Shown one piece after another: positions 33,838 to 43,060 of a stretch of 64,000 bases of DNA. The translations under genes and the position numbers were made by a program. The notes under the pieces were generated by a model. It had not been told where the DNA came from. It searched no databases and worked only from the letters and a program-made list of their open reading frames with translations. This DNA comes from Vicinamibacterales bacterium. Lineage in GTDB: Bacteria > Acidobacteriota > Vicinamibacteria > Vicinamibacterales > 2-12-FULL-66-21. Position 1 is the first letter of the stretch; each line of letters opens with the position of its first letter. The DNA lies in contig JBMDXQ010000104.1 of NCBI GenBank assembly GCA_048594975.1, positions 36,552-100,551 of the forward strand, in the 5' to 3' direction.

Positions 33838-35346
33838 CTATTCGCCTCTGAACTGCAACGCCTCCGCGAGGTGATCGGCGCCGATGTCATCGGCGCCGTC
33901 CAGATCCGCAATCGTCCGTGCCACGCGCATCACGCGGTCGTGGCCGCGAGCGGTCAGCGAGAGCTTTGCCAGTGCCGCGTCCAGGATGCGCCGGGCGGCC
34001 GGCTCCAGCTGCGTCTGCTCGCGTAGCCGCCGTCCCTGAAGCCGGGCGTTCAGAACCGCGCCGCGCGTGAGCTGGCGGTCGCGCGCGTGGAGCACGCGCG
34101 GCAGGATGGCCGCCGAGGGCTCGCCGCCGGCGCCGGCGCTCAACACACGCGCCGGAAGCGCGCTCACCGGCACCGTGAGATCCATGCGATCGCGAAGCGG
34201 GCCGGACAGGCGGGCCGCGTAGCGCCCGATCTGCTGCGGCGTGCAGCGGCAGGCCCGCACCGGGTCGCCGTGGAACCCGCATGGGCACGGGTTCATCGCT
34301 CCGACGAGCATGAAGCGCGCCGGAAAGGTCGTCGTCCGCGCCGCGCGCGCAATGTGGACGCGTCCCTCCTCGAGCGGCTGTCGCAGGACCTCGAGCGCGT
34401 GCCGGCTGAACTCCGCCATCTCGTCGAGGAACAGCACCCCGTGATGGGCCAGGCTGATCTCTCCCGGCCTCGGGTTCAGTCCGCCGCCGACCAGCGCGAC
34501 GTCGGAAACGGTGTGGTGCGGGGCGCGGAACGGCCGCTCGGTGATGAGCCCCCCGCCTCCCGCGAGGAGCCCCGCGACCGAGTGAATGGACGTGACTTCC
34601 AGCGCTTCGTCGAAGGTGAGCGGCGGCAGGATGCCGGCGACCCGCCGCGCCATCATCGTCTTTCCTGAGCCGGGCGGGCCGATCATCAGCGTGTTGTGAC
34701 CGCCGGCGGCGGCGATCTCCAGGGCGCGGCGCGCCATCTGCTGCCCGTGCACGTCGAAGAAGTCGGGTTGCTCGCGCGGCCGTGGCGGCGACGGGGCGTC
34801 AGGGTCGCCGGGTTCGAAGGTGCGGGTGAAGGCCGCCGGGTCGTTCAACGCCTCGACGGCTTCGGCGAGCGAGCGTACGGCGTACAGCTCCAGGCCGTCG
34901 ACGACTGCGGCCTCGCTGCGGTTGGGCCGGGGCAGAAGCAGGCCCCGGAATCGCCGCCGGCGTGCGCTGGCCGCGATCGGCAGCACGCCGCGGGCGGGGT
35001 GAATGCCCCCGTCGAGCGACAGTTCGCCGAGGAGCAGCACGTCGTCCACGTCCCGCCGCGTCACCGATCCGGTCGCGGCCAGCACGCCGAGCGCGATCGG
35101 CAGGTCGAACGAGGAACCCGCCTTGCGGATGTCAGCCGGCGCCAGGTTGACCGTCACCCGGTGCTGGGGGAACTCGAACCCGGAATTGCGGATGGCGCTG
35201 CGCACCCGGTCGCGGCTCTCGCGGACGCTTGCATCGGGCAACCCCACCATCGTGAAGCCGGGAAGGCCGAACGACACATCCACTTCGACCTGCACGGGAC
35301 AGGCCTCGATCCCGAACACGGCTGCCGTTCGGACGCACGAAAGCAC
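33838..35346 (-). CDS. comM: YifB/ComM family Mg-chelatase-like AAA+ ATPase
   Basis: Track ORF is 33838..35442. GTG at 35346 gives MLSCVRTAAVFGIEACPVQVEVDVSFGLPGFTMVGLPD, the family-typical N-terminus. Walker A is GPPGSGKTMMARR. C-terminus includes RGHDRVMRVARTIADLDG. Confidence 0.85.
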   Translation of the reverse strand: MLSCVRTAAVFGIEACPVQVEVDVSFGLPGFTMVGLPDASVRESRDRVRSAIRNSGFEFPQHRVTVNLAPADIRKAGSSFDLPIALGVLAATGSVTRRDVDDVLLLGELSLDGGIHPARGVLPIAASARRRRFRGLLLPRPNRSEAAVVDGLELYAVRSLAEAVEALNDPAAFTRTFEPGDPDAPSPPRPREQPDFFDVHGQQMARRALEIAAAGGHNTLMIGPPGSGKTMMARRVAGILPPLTFDEALEVTSIHSVAGLLAGGGGLITERPFRAPHHTVSDVALVGGGLNPRPGEISLAHHGVLFLDEMAEFSRHALEVLRQPLEEGRVHIARAARTTTFPARFMLVGAMNPCPCGFHGDPVRACRCTPQQIGRYAARLSGPLRDRMDLTVPVSALPARVLSAGAGGEPSAAILPRVLHARDRQLTRGAVLNARLQGRRLREQTQLEPAARRILDAALAKLSLTARGHDRVMRVARTIADLDGADDIGADHLAEALQFRGE

Positions 35347-35561
35347 ACCAGCGCGGGTGCAAGGCGCGAGGCATCGCCAATTCTGGCCGAAACCGCGGTC
35401 TTGGCCTGCCGTTCGTGTCAGAAGCTGCCACCTGATCGCCATGAGGGGATCGCGCTATTCGCACCCGAGGCTCCCGTCCGAGCCCCGAGCCGCTGACCCG
35501 GCCCCGGACCCCGTGCATCCCCTCCAACCCTCAGTCCCGTATAGCCAGTAGAGTAGGGAGG

Positions 35562-36104
35562 ATGCCGGAGCTGGCTCAACTGGCAGCCCGCGCGGACAAC
35601 CCGGCACCAGGCCCGGGCGATTTCGCCGACATCGTCAGGCGGCAGCAGTCGATGGTGTTCAGCATCGCGCTGCATTTCCTGCGCGACCGCGCGGCCGCCG
35701 AGGAGATTGCCCAGGACGTATTCATGTCGCTCCACCGGTACCTCGCTTCGCTCGAATCGCCGGCGCACGTCACGTTCTGGTTGCGGCGGGTGACCAGCCA
35801 CCGCTGCATCGACTACTCGCGCCGGCGGAAGCAGGCGCAGGTGAGCCTGGACGTCGTGCCGGAGCCGCATAGCGACGGATCCAGGGGCGACCCGATGCTT
35901 GCCCGCCGTCTGCGCCAGCTGGTGGCGGCCTTGCCGGAGAAGGCGCGGGCCGTAGTGGTCCTGCGCTACCAGGAGGACCTCACCCCTTTGGAGATCGCCG
36001 AAGTCCTGGGCATGCCGGTCGCGACCGTGAAGAGCCACCTGCAGCGTTCGCTCGCGCGGTTGCGAGAGACCGTCGCGCGCGCGATCGGAGACGTGAAGCG
36101 ATGA
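35562..36104 (+). CDS. ECF-type RNA polymerase sigma-70 factor
   Basis: 180 aa. Region 2 is AEEIAQDVFMSLHRYL ... WLRRVTSHRCIDYSRRR. Region 4 is VVVLRYQEDLTPLEIAEVLGMPVATVKSHLQRS. RBS is GGGAGG. Confidence 0.9.
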   Translation: MPELAQLAARADNPAPGPGDFADIVRRQQSMVFSIALHFLRDRAAAEEIAQDVFMSLHRYLASLESPAHVTFWLRRVTSHRCIDYSRRRKQAQVSLDVVPEPHSDGSRGDPMLARRLRQLVAALPEKARAVVVLRYQEDLTPLEIAEVLGMPVATVKSHLQRSLARLRETVARAIGDVKR

Positions 36105-36442
36105 AGGAACTCGACGACCAGCTTCGGGACGCGCTGCGTCGCGAACCGGCCCCCGCGGGTTTCGCCGAGCGTGTGCTCCGTCGCGTGGAGGGGCAGGCCG
36201 GCGGGCACGGAGCCGGGCCGTCCGGATCCCTGGCCTGGGCGAAGCGGCCGGTCTTCCGGCTGGCCGCGGCGGCGGCCCTCGTCGCCGCCATTGGCGGGGG
36301 CATTCAGTACCGCAGCTTGGAGCGCGCGCGTGCGGAGCGCGCCGCCGGCGAAGCAGCGAAAGAGAACGTCATCAAGGCACTCCGCATCACCGCCAGCAAG
36401 CTGCAGCTGGTACAGGAGAAGGTGAGGGAGGTTGGATCATGA
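36101..36442 (+). CDS. Putative anti-sigma factor (single-pass membrane protein)
   Basis: Start overlaps the sigma gene stop (ATGA). 113 aa with one TM segment (FRLAAAAALVAAIGGGI). The call rests on position; there is no strong motif. Confidence 0.55.
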   Translation: MKELDDQLRDALRREPAPAGFAERVLRRVEGQAGGHGAGPSGSLAWAKRPVFRLAAAAALVAAIGGGIQYRSLERARAERAAGEAAKENVIKALRITASKLQLVQEKVREVGS

Positions 36443-36975
36443 GACACGGGTTGTGTGTCGCGGCGCTGGTGATCTTCGCGGCCGCCGGTGCGCACGCACA
36501 GGACATCACGATTCCGGCAAACATCGAGAAGCTCGCCGGCAGGGCGGTCGAGAACGTCAACATCACCCTGGATGGCGCGGTGCTGCAGATCGCAGGGAAA
36601 TTCCTGTCGCAGGACGATCCCGAGCAGAAGGCCGCGAAGGGCCTGATCAGCAACCTCAAGAGCATCCGCGTCAGGAGCTTCGAGTTCGCGAAACCGGGGG
36701 AGTACTCGGACGCCGACCTCGAGTCCCTGCGGAGTCAGCTGAAGGCGCCGGGATGGACGCCGATGGTCAACGTGCGCAGCGCCCGAGACGGCGAGAACGT
36801 CGACGTGTTCTTCAGGATGGAGAAGGACAAGGTGATGGGCCTGGTCGTGATTGCCGCGGAACCGACCGAGTTGACGGTCGTCAACATCGTCGGTCCGATT
36901 GACCTCGATCAGTTGGCCAGCCTCGGGGGACACTTCGGCGTCCCGAAGGTGAACGTTCCGGCGCAGCGCAAGTAA
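36439..36975 (+). CDS. DUF4252-like secreted protein
   Basis: Overlaps the previous stop. Signal peptide is MRHGLCVAALVIFAAAGAHA. Contains VNITLDG..LQIAGKFL, IRVRSFEF and VVNIVGPIDLDQLASL. The ECF sigma / anti-sigma / DUF4252 gene order is a common arrangement. Confidence 0.7.
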   Translation: MRHGLCVAALVIFAAAGAHAQDITIPANIEKLAGRAVENVNITLDGAVLQIAGKFLSQDDPEQKAAKGLISNLKSIRVRSFEFAKPGEYSDADLESLRSQLKAPGWTPMVNVRSARDGENVDVFFRMEKDKVMGLVVIAAEPTELTVVNIVGPIDLDQLASLGGHFGVPKVNVPAQRK

Positions 36976-36997
36976 GCGCGCGCGGGCGAGGGCGGGA

Positions 36998-38746
36998 CTA
37001 GCTGCCCTTGATGATGCTCAGCCGGGTGCCAGCCGCGATCGTGTTGCCGCGGAGCCGGTTGAGCGACTTGATCCTGGCGACGCTCGTATCGAAGAGGCGC
37101 GCGATCGAAGACAATGTGTCGCCGCGCTTGACGCGATAGACGACTTGCTTTCGGGCGGCGGGAGCGGCGTCAGCCGTGTCGGCAGCGACTGCCGCCTTCG
37201 ACGGCTCGGGCTCCGCCTGGGTGGCCGCCAACACCCCGGTTGGCGCGGTCCGTGGCGTGCGTGTCGCGAGCAGCGTGGCGGGCGCGCCCGGAATCACCAG
37301 CGACTGACCGGCGGCCAGGCGAGACCGGGTGCTGAGGCCGTTGGCGGCGGCCAGGTCCGCCTTCTTCACCCGGTTCTTCCGTGCGACCGCCGCGATCGTG
37401 TCGCCCCTGCGGACTACGTACCACTTGAGCGTGGCGAAATCGGCAGGCGTGGCATCCGCGAGCCGCTTGTCGAAGACCTCCTTCGTACCCACCGGCACGC
37501 GGACTTCGTACGCCCTGTCACGAACCGGCGTGGTCAGGCGGCGCAGCTGCGGATTGAGCGCCTGGATCTGGTCGATCGACGACTCGGTCCACTCGGCCAC
37601 GCGGCGCAGGTCGATCGCGCGCGGCACGACCACCTTCTCGTACTGCAGCGCCTCGCCGGCGGCGATGTCGAGCCCGTACTGCAGCGGGTTCTTGGCGACG
37701 ATGATCGAGGCGAGGATGAGCGGCACGTACTCGCGGGTCTCCCGCGGCAGGTACTTCGACGTGCTCGACAGCGCCCAGAAATCGTCGCGCCCGGACCGCT
37801 TCATCGCGCGCTGTACCCGGCCGAGCCCGCCGTTGTAGGCGGCCAGCACGAGGTTCCAGTCGCCGAACAGGTTGTGCAGCGACTTGAGGTATTTCGCAGC
37901 CGCCACGGTGGACTTCTCGGGGTCCGAGCGCTCGTCGATGTACCAGTCGTGACGCAGCCCGTTCTCGACCGCCGTCGATCGCATGAACTGCCACGGCCCC
38001 TTCGCGCTCGCCCGCGACAGCGCGTTGGTCTTGAAGCCGCTCTCGATGATCGGGATGTAGGCGAGATCCAGCGGCAGGCCTTCCGCGCGGAAGACATCCT
38101 GGATCATCGGCAGGTACTTCGCCCCGCGCGAGAGGCTGTCCTGCACGTAGCCGCGCAGCCGCGTGCTCAGCAACTCGACGGCCGAGAGCACGCGCTCGTT
38201 CTGCGGGATTGGGATGTCGTGCTCGGTCGCCGCCAGGTCGGCCTTCACTGCCTCTTCGGTCGTTGCGGCCGGCAACGGCTGCGCGAAGGTGGCGATCCGG
38301 AGGATCTCGTCGATGGCCGCCGGCTCGGTCTTTTCGGCCGAGAACCCGTCGCCCTGCGCCAGCGCGGTGACCTCGCGCGCGTTGATCCGATCGACCAGCC
38401 GATCGAAGTGCTCGCGCAGCCTGGCGTCGGTCCGTGCGCCGTACGGCGATTCGAGCAACACGTCCACTGCGCGATCGAACTCCGCGCGTGCCCGGTCCAT
38501 GTGGCCCAGCTTCAGCTCGCCCTCGCCGGCCTCGAAGTGTTTCTGTGATGTCTCGATGAGGGCAGCGACCGGATCGTTGACGGGCTGGGTGCGCGGGGCG
38601 GGTTGCGATGCGGATGCCGCCGGCTGGGCGGGAGGCGCGGCCGTTTTCGTTGCCGCAACCTGCGGCCGGGGGTTCGACCCGCATCCGGCCACGACCAGCG
38701 TGAACACGACGGCGAGCGAACCGGACAGCCGGGCACGAATCGTCAT
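36998..38746 (-). CDS. MltD-like membrane-bound lytic transglycosylase lipoprotein with LysM domains
   Basis: Track ORF is 36998..39001. ATG at 38746 gives MTIRARLSGSLAVVFTLVVAGCGS, which contains a lipobox. SLT motif is IIESGFKTNALSRASAKGPWQFMRSTA. C-terminal LysM repeats include YVVRRGDTIAAVARKN and YRVKRGDTLSSIARLF. Confidence 0.85.
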   Translation of the reverse strand: MTIRARLSGSLAVVFTLVVAGCGSNPRPQVAATKTAAPPAQPAASASQPAPRTQPVNDPVAALIETSQKHFEAGEGELKLGHMDRARAEFDRAVDVLLESPYGARTDARLREHFDRLVDRINAREVTALAQGDGFSAEKTEPAAIDEILRIATFAQPLPAATTEEAVKADLAATEHDIPIPQNERVLSAVELLSTRLRGYVQDSLSRGAKYLPMIQDVFRAEGLPLDLAYIPIIESGFKTNALSRASAKGPWQFMRSTAVENGLRHDWYIDERSDPEKSTVAAAKYLKSLHNLFGDWNLVLAAYNGGLGRVQRAMKRSGRDDFWALSSTSKYLPRETREYVPLILASIIVAKNPLQYGLDIAAGEALQYEKVVVPRAIDLRRVAEWTESSIDQIQALNPQLRRLTTPVRDRAYEVRVPVGTKEVFDKRLADATPADFATLKWYVVRRGDTIAAVARKNRVKKADLAAANGLSTRSRLAAGQSLVIPGAPATLLATRTPRTAPTGVLAATQAEPEPSKAAVAADTADAAPAARKQVVYRVKRGDTLSSIARLFDTSVARIKSLNRLRGNTIAAGTRLSIIKGS

Positions 38747-38884
38747 GCTGTGTGTCTCTCCAGGGCCTGGCAGCGACGGACCCGCCGACAGCTCTGCAAG
38801 GCGAATGCCCCGTCGAGGTCGCCCGCGCGCGGACGGGGCTCCGACCCGAAGCAGAAACGGCGACCTAGAATTGCTGGGGCAGGA

Positions 38885-38913
38885 ACTATAGCATCGCTGA
38901 GCACGCCGGTCAA
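38885..38913 (-). promoter_or_regulatory. Candidate sigma-70 promoter for the MltD-like gene
   Basis: Minus-strand sequence is TTGACC (38913-38908), a 17-nt spacer, then TATAGT (38890-38885). It lies about 140 nt upstream of ATG 38746. Sequence match only. Confidence 0.45.
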
Positions 38914-38957
38914 CATTAAGTCCAGCGTCCTCAACGACAAGCAGGCCGTGGCGCCGA

Positions 38958-40691
38958 TCAGCGCCGCCACCCGGCCTCGACGAAGACGTGGTGCTGCTCA
39001 CCGAGATCCCGGGCGGCCGGCGTTACAATTGAGTGATCTCCGATCACAATTTTGCGACCCTGGCGGATAGCTACTCGTACGTCTTCCTCGCATACGAAGT
39101 CCGCAGGTTTTTCCGCCACGGCCGCCGCGGAAGCGGCGGTCGCCGGCGCGAGGGTACTCGACCGGTCCGGCGTGCCCGTCACGGGCGCGTAGCCGCGCGA
39201 GGCGAGGAAGGCGTCGATACGCCGCGCCAGCGGCTCCGCGGCGATGCCGGCGGGGACCGGCTGGGCGGGCGCTTTTGGCAGCGCCTGGGCCATCGGGGCG
39301 GGCGGCGCGGCAGCCGGCGGGGCTGGACTCGTCTCATAGGCGAGCCGCTTGATGTTCAACAAATGCCGCGGCGAGATGTTGTCCGACGTGATGTTGCCCC
39401 CCCAGCCGCCGCATCCGAGCGTCATTGACGGATCGAGCCCGGTCGTCAGCCCGATGGATCCCAGGGTGGTGGGCGTGTTGACGACGATGCGGAAGGCCGG
39501 TTTCTTGAGGCCGAACTGCAGGATGACTTCTTCGTTGCGCGAGTGGATCGCCATCGTGTGACCCATCCCGCCGTAGCGCAGGATCTGCTTGCAGCGCTCG
39601 CAGCCTTCCTTCCAGTCGCTCACGACATAGAAGGAGAGGACCGGGCAGAGCTTCTCGATCGAGAGCGGGTAGTCCCGGCCGACGCCGTCGAGCTCGGCGA
39701 TCAACACACGCGTCCCGGGCGGCACGGTAAGGTCCGCCTGCTGGGCGATGTAGGTGGCCGGCTTGCCCACGAGCGCGGGGTTGGGGAGGCGCTGAGGGGT
39801 GACCAGCAGCCTCGCAACTGCAGCGCTCTCCTCGGTGGTCATGAAGTACGCGCCGTTGCCGACGAACTCCCGCTTTACTTCCTCGACCAGCGGCGCATCG
39901 CAGACGACGGAGTTCTCCGCCGAGCAGAGCAGGCCGTTGTCGAACGTCTTGCCGCGGATGATATCGGCCACCGCCTTCTTGATATCGGCGCTACGCTCGA
40001 TGTAGGCGGGGGCGTTGCCCGGGCCCACGCCGTACGCCGGCTTGCCGGCGCTGTACGCCGCGCGCACGAGTCCCATCCCGCCGGTGGCGAGGATCACGGC
40101 CGTCTCGCGCGCCTTCATCAGCTCCTGCGTCCCCTCGAGGGACACGGTCGTCATCCAGTTGATCGTCCCCTCGGGGGCGCCGGCGCGGCGAGCCGCTTCG
40201 GACATGATCTCGGCCACCCGCGAGATGCATCGGACAGCCGACGGGTGCGGGCTGATCACGATGGGACACCTCGCCTTCATCGAGATCAGGATCTTGTAGA
40301 TGGCGGTGGACGTCGGGTTGGTGGACGGGACGATGGCGGCAACGACCCCGAACGGCTCGGCGATCTCGACGACCTTGCGGTCCTCGAGGCGGCGGATGAC
40401 GCCGACCGTCTTCATCGGCCGGATGAATTTGTAGATCTTCTCGGAGGAGAAGAGATTCTTCTGGATTTTGTCGGCAATAACGCCGAAGCCGGTCTCCTCG
40501 TGGGCCAGCCGGGCGAGCGCCTCGGCCTGCGGGGTCGCGGCGGCGGCCATCGCGTCGACGACCGCGTCGATCTGCTCCTGGGTCAGCTCGGCGAGGACCG
40601 GCGCCGCCGCCTTCGCGCGGCGCGCGAGCGTGCGCGCCTCGTGGATCGAGGCCAGGTCGCGATCGGTCTGCGTCGCCTGTTGGGCGGCCAT
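38958..40691 (-). CDS. Acylating (CoA-dependent) aldehyde dehydrogenase of the EutE/PduP type with long C-terminal extension
   Basis: 577 aa. Contains AIVPSTNPTST and FDNGLLCSAENS (catalytic Cys region). After about aa 455 there is a Pro/Ala linker, an amphipathic helix EPLARRIDAFLASRGY, a second linker and a terminal ~45 aa module DFVCEEDVRVAIRQGRKIVIGDHSIVTPAARDLG. It starts 18 nt downstream of the BMC-H stop. Confidence 0.85.
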   Translation of the reverse strand: MAAQQATQTDRDLASIHEARTLARRAKAAAPVLAELTQEQIDAVVDAMAAAATPQAEALARLAHEETGFGVIADKIQKNLFSSEKIYKFIRPMKTVGVIRRLEDRKVVEIAEPFGVVAAIVPSTNPTSTAIYKILISMKARCPIVISPHPSAVRCISRVAEIMSEAARRAGAPEGTINWMTTVSLEGTQELMKARETAVILATGGMGLVRAAYSAGKPAYGVGPGNAPAYIERSADIKKAVADIIRGKTFDNGLLCSAENSVVCDAPLVEEVKREFVGNGAYFMTTEESAAVARLLVTPQRLPNPALVGKPATYIAQQADLTVPPGTRVLIAELDGVGRDYPLSIEKLCPVLSFYVVSDWKEGCERCKQILRYGGMGHTMAIHSRNEEVILQFGLKKPAFRIVVNTPTTLGSIGLTTGLDPSMTLGCGGWGGNITSDNISPRHLLNIKRLAYETSPAPPAAAPPAPMAQALPKAPAQPVPAGIAAEPLARRIDAFLASRGYAPVTGTPDRSSTLAPATAASAAAVAEKPADFVCEEDVRVAIRQGRKIVIGDHSIVTPAARDLGEQHHVFVEAGWRR

Positions 40692-40709
40692 GCGCGGCTG
40701 CGGGGCGCG

Positions 40710-41003
40710 CTACGACGCTTTCGCGTCCTTCGCCCGGGGAAGGATCCTCTCGACCTCGGAGTGCGGCCGGGGAATCACGTGCACGGAGATCAGTTCGCCG
40801 ACACGACGCGCCGCCGCCGCCCCGGCATCGGTCGCCGCCTTGACCGCCCCCACGTCGCCACGCACGAGCACGGTCACGTAGCCGGCGCCGATGTACTCCT
40901 TGCCGGCCAGCACGACATTGGCCGCCTTCACCATCGCGTCGGCCGCCTCGATCGATCCGATCAGGCCGCGGGTTTCCACCATCCCCAGAGCTTCGAGCGA
41001 CAT
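40710..41003 (-). CDS. Bacterial microcompartment hexameric shell protein (BMC-H, PduA/EutM/CcmK type)
   Basis: Track ORF is 40710..41183. ATG at 41003 gives [61 protein letters not shown] ... VHVIPRPH, the canonical single BMC domain (97 aa). Confidence 0.9.
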   Translation of the reverse strand: MSLEALGMVETRGLIGSIEAADAMVKAANVVLAGKEYIGAGYVTVLVRGDVGAVKAATDAGAAAARRVGELISVHVIPRPHSEVERILPRAKDAKAS

Positions 41004-41041
41004 AATCCACCCGCTGTGCAACCGGTTGTGAGCGTGGCGCG

Positions 41042-41058
41042 AGGCTACCATATTGCAG
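41042..41058 (+). promoter_or_regulatory. Weak sigma-54-type promoter candidate upstream of the lipoprotein gene
   Basis: AGGCTACCATATTGCAG has GG at 41043-41044 and GC at 41055-41056 with the canonical 12-nt offset. The -12 element TTGCA is perfect. The -24 element GGCTAC differs from GGCACG. It overlaps the first of two TGCAGTACC direct repeats (41054-41062, 41072-41080). Confidence 0.25.
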
Positions 41059-41124
41059 TACCTCGAACAACTGCAGTACCATCGCCCTTCTCGTGACGGC
41101 ACCATCCCGGGAGAATCCAGCTCG

Positions 41125-41973
41125 ATGCGTGTAGCGATGTGCGTTGCGGCGCTGGCGGCGCTCGCCGCGTGCGGCGGCAGCAAGGAGACCGAGCCGCCCG
41201 TGGCGACGCCGTCGCTGAAGCTCGATCACGACCGCGTTCCGATCGGCAGCCCGCTCAAGCTGACATATTCGTTCCAGGTCGCGGAAAACGCGAAGTTCGA
41301 CGCGGACTACTGGGTGTTCGTACACGTCATGGATCCCGAGGGCGAGCAGCTCTGGACCGAGGATCACCTGCCGCCGACCCCGACCTCGCAATGGAAGCCG
41401 GGAGAGAAGATCGAGTACACGCGCACGGTGTTCGTGCCCAACTACCCGTACATCGGCGAAGCGATGGTGCGGCTCGGGATGTACCGGCAGGACTCCAACA
41501 GGCGGCTGGTGCTGAACGCCGAGGAGGCGAGCCGCCGCGAATACGTGGTCGCCCGGTTCCAGCTGCTGCCGCAGTCGGAGAACATCTTTCTCATCTTCAA
41601 GGAGGGCTGGCACCCGGCGGAGGTGGCCGCCGACAACCCTGCGGCCGAATGGCAGTGGACCAAGAAGACTGCCACGCTGTCGTTCAAGAACCCGCGCCGT
41701 GACGCGATCTTCTATCTGGAGTACGACGCCCGCACAGACCTGTTCCCGACCTCGCAGCAGGTCACCCTCAGGCTGGGCGAGCACACCTTCGGCACCTTTG
41801 CCGCGGACTCGCGGGACAAGGAGTTGTTGACGTTTCCGATCACGGCGGCCCAACTCGGCCAGGGAGACATGGCCGAAATCGTCGTCGACCTCGACAGGAC
41901 CTTTACCCCGGGCGGCGGCGATACGCGAGAGCTGGGAATCCGCGTCTTCCACGCGTTCGTGGATCCACGGTAA
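41125..41973 (+). CDS. Lipoprotein of unknown function
   Basis: Track ORF is 41053..41973. ATG at 41125 gives [18 protein letters not shown], which contains a lipobox. G/C-ending codons throughout. No family recognised. Confidence 0.6.
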   Translation: MRVAMCVAALAALAACGGSKETEPPVATPSLKLDHDRVPIGSPLKLTYSFQVAENAKFDADYWVFVHVMDPEGEQLWTEDHLPPTPTSQWKPGEKIEYTRTVFVPNYPYIGEAMVRLGMYRQDSNRRLVLNAEEASRREYVVARFQLLPQSENIFLIFKEGWHPAEVAADNPAAEWQWTKKTATLSFKNPRRDAIFYLEYDARTDLFPTSQQVTLRLGEHTFGTFAADSRDKELLTFPITAAQLGQGDMAEIVVDLDRTFTPGGGDTRELGIRVFHAFVDPR

Positions 41974-42215
41974 GCTTCGCCCGACAGCAGCCCGCGCTGC
42001 GGCGGAGCTGTCCTGCCTGCTGCGGTAACGCAGGCCTTGACCGCGACTTCCGACGTGGCCGGTCGGGACGCGGCTGTTTCCTGCGGCTCCCCAACCATCT
42101 TCTCGGCTGAGACGTCAACCACTACATCTCTGCCGGAGCTGTCAGCGCACCTCGAGAGCTCTACTGTAGTGTTTCTGGACAGTGTCCGATAGGAAGTGGT
42201 AGGATTGCTCGCTCG

Positions 42216-42878
42216 ATGAGTTTCAGGACCCCGTCCTTGGTCATCTTGACCGTCATGCTGGCGGCTGCGGCAGAGCCCGCATCCGCCGAGATCGTCTACC
42301 TCCAGTCGGGCCGGACGATCTCGGTCAAGGCGCATCGGTACGAGGGTGACTCGATCGTCCTGACGCTACGACGGGGCGGCGAGGTCACCTGCGACCGGTC
42401 GCTGGTGGAGAAGGTCGTCCCGGATGAGGTTCCCTACGAGGAGTCCACGCCGGCCGCTCAGGCTCAGAGCGAGCCGAGTCCTGCTTCGCGCGTCCTGGAG
42501 TTCGAGACGCCGTACCGCGAGATCATCGCCGCGCTCGCGGAAGCCCACGGCGTCGATCCCATCCTGGTCACCGCGCTCATCCGGGTGGAATCCGGTTTCC
42601 GGCCGAGGGCACGGTCGCGCAAGGGCGCGATGGGCCTGATGCAGCTGATGCCCTCGACGGCCCGGGAGTACAACGTTCGCAACCCGTTCGACCCCCGTGC
42701 GAACATCGAGGCGGGCATCAAGCACCTGAAGTCGCTCATGGATCGGTTCGGGCTGGAGCGTGGGCTGGCCGCATACAACGCCGGCGTCGGTGCCGTCGAG
42801 CGGTTCCAGGGCATTCCGCCGTATCGCGAGACGCGTAGCTACGTCGCGCGCATCCTTTCGCTCGCCGGCCTCAAGTAG
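42216..42878 (+). CDS. Slt-domain lytic transglycosylase (secretion/pilus-associated type)
   Basis: Signal peptide present. Contains ALIRVESGFRPRARSRKGAMGLMQLMPSTA and AAYNAGVGAVERF. It lies directly upstream of the pilus/T2SS-like cluster. Confidence 0.85.
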   Translation: MSFRTPSLVILTVMLAAAAEPASAEIVYLQSGRTISVKAHRYEGDSIVLTLRRGGEVTCDRSLVEKVVPDEVPYEESTPAAQAQSEPSPASRVLEFETPYREIIAALAEAHGVDPILVTALIRVESGFRPRARSRKGAMGLMQLMPSTAREYNVRNPFDPRANIEAGIKHLKSLMDRFGLERGLAAYNAGVGAVERFQGIPPYRETRSYVARILSLAGLK

Positions 42879-42972
42879 GCGCTCGCGGTCGTCAACAGAC
42901 CGAATTTCCCTCGGCCGACCGCCGGATGCGGCTGTCTAACGACTGTGCGCCCCCGGTCCGCCCGCCGTCGCG

Positions 42973-42983
42973 TGGTATATAAT
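42973..42983 (+). promoter_or_regulatory. Candidate extended -10 element upstream of the platform-protein gene
   Basis: TGGTATATAAT is a conspicuous AT-rich island in a GC-rich spacer, about 80 nt upstream of ATG 43061. No convincing -35 element. Confidence 0.3.
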
Positions 42984-43060
42984 CCGCGGATTGGTCGGCC
43001 GGTAATGTCAACACTGACAAGATCTTGCGCCGAATCGCCGGCGATCCGGTGCTGAACGCG

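Noticed and set aside
39030-39062. Near-perfect palindrome AATTG(A)GTGATC-TCC-GATCACAATT as an operator site
   Set aside because: It lies inside the aldehyde dehydrogenase coding frame (KIVIGDHSIV). I treat it as part of the codon-usage anomaly rather than as a separate regulatory site.
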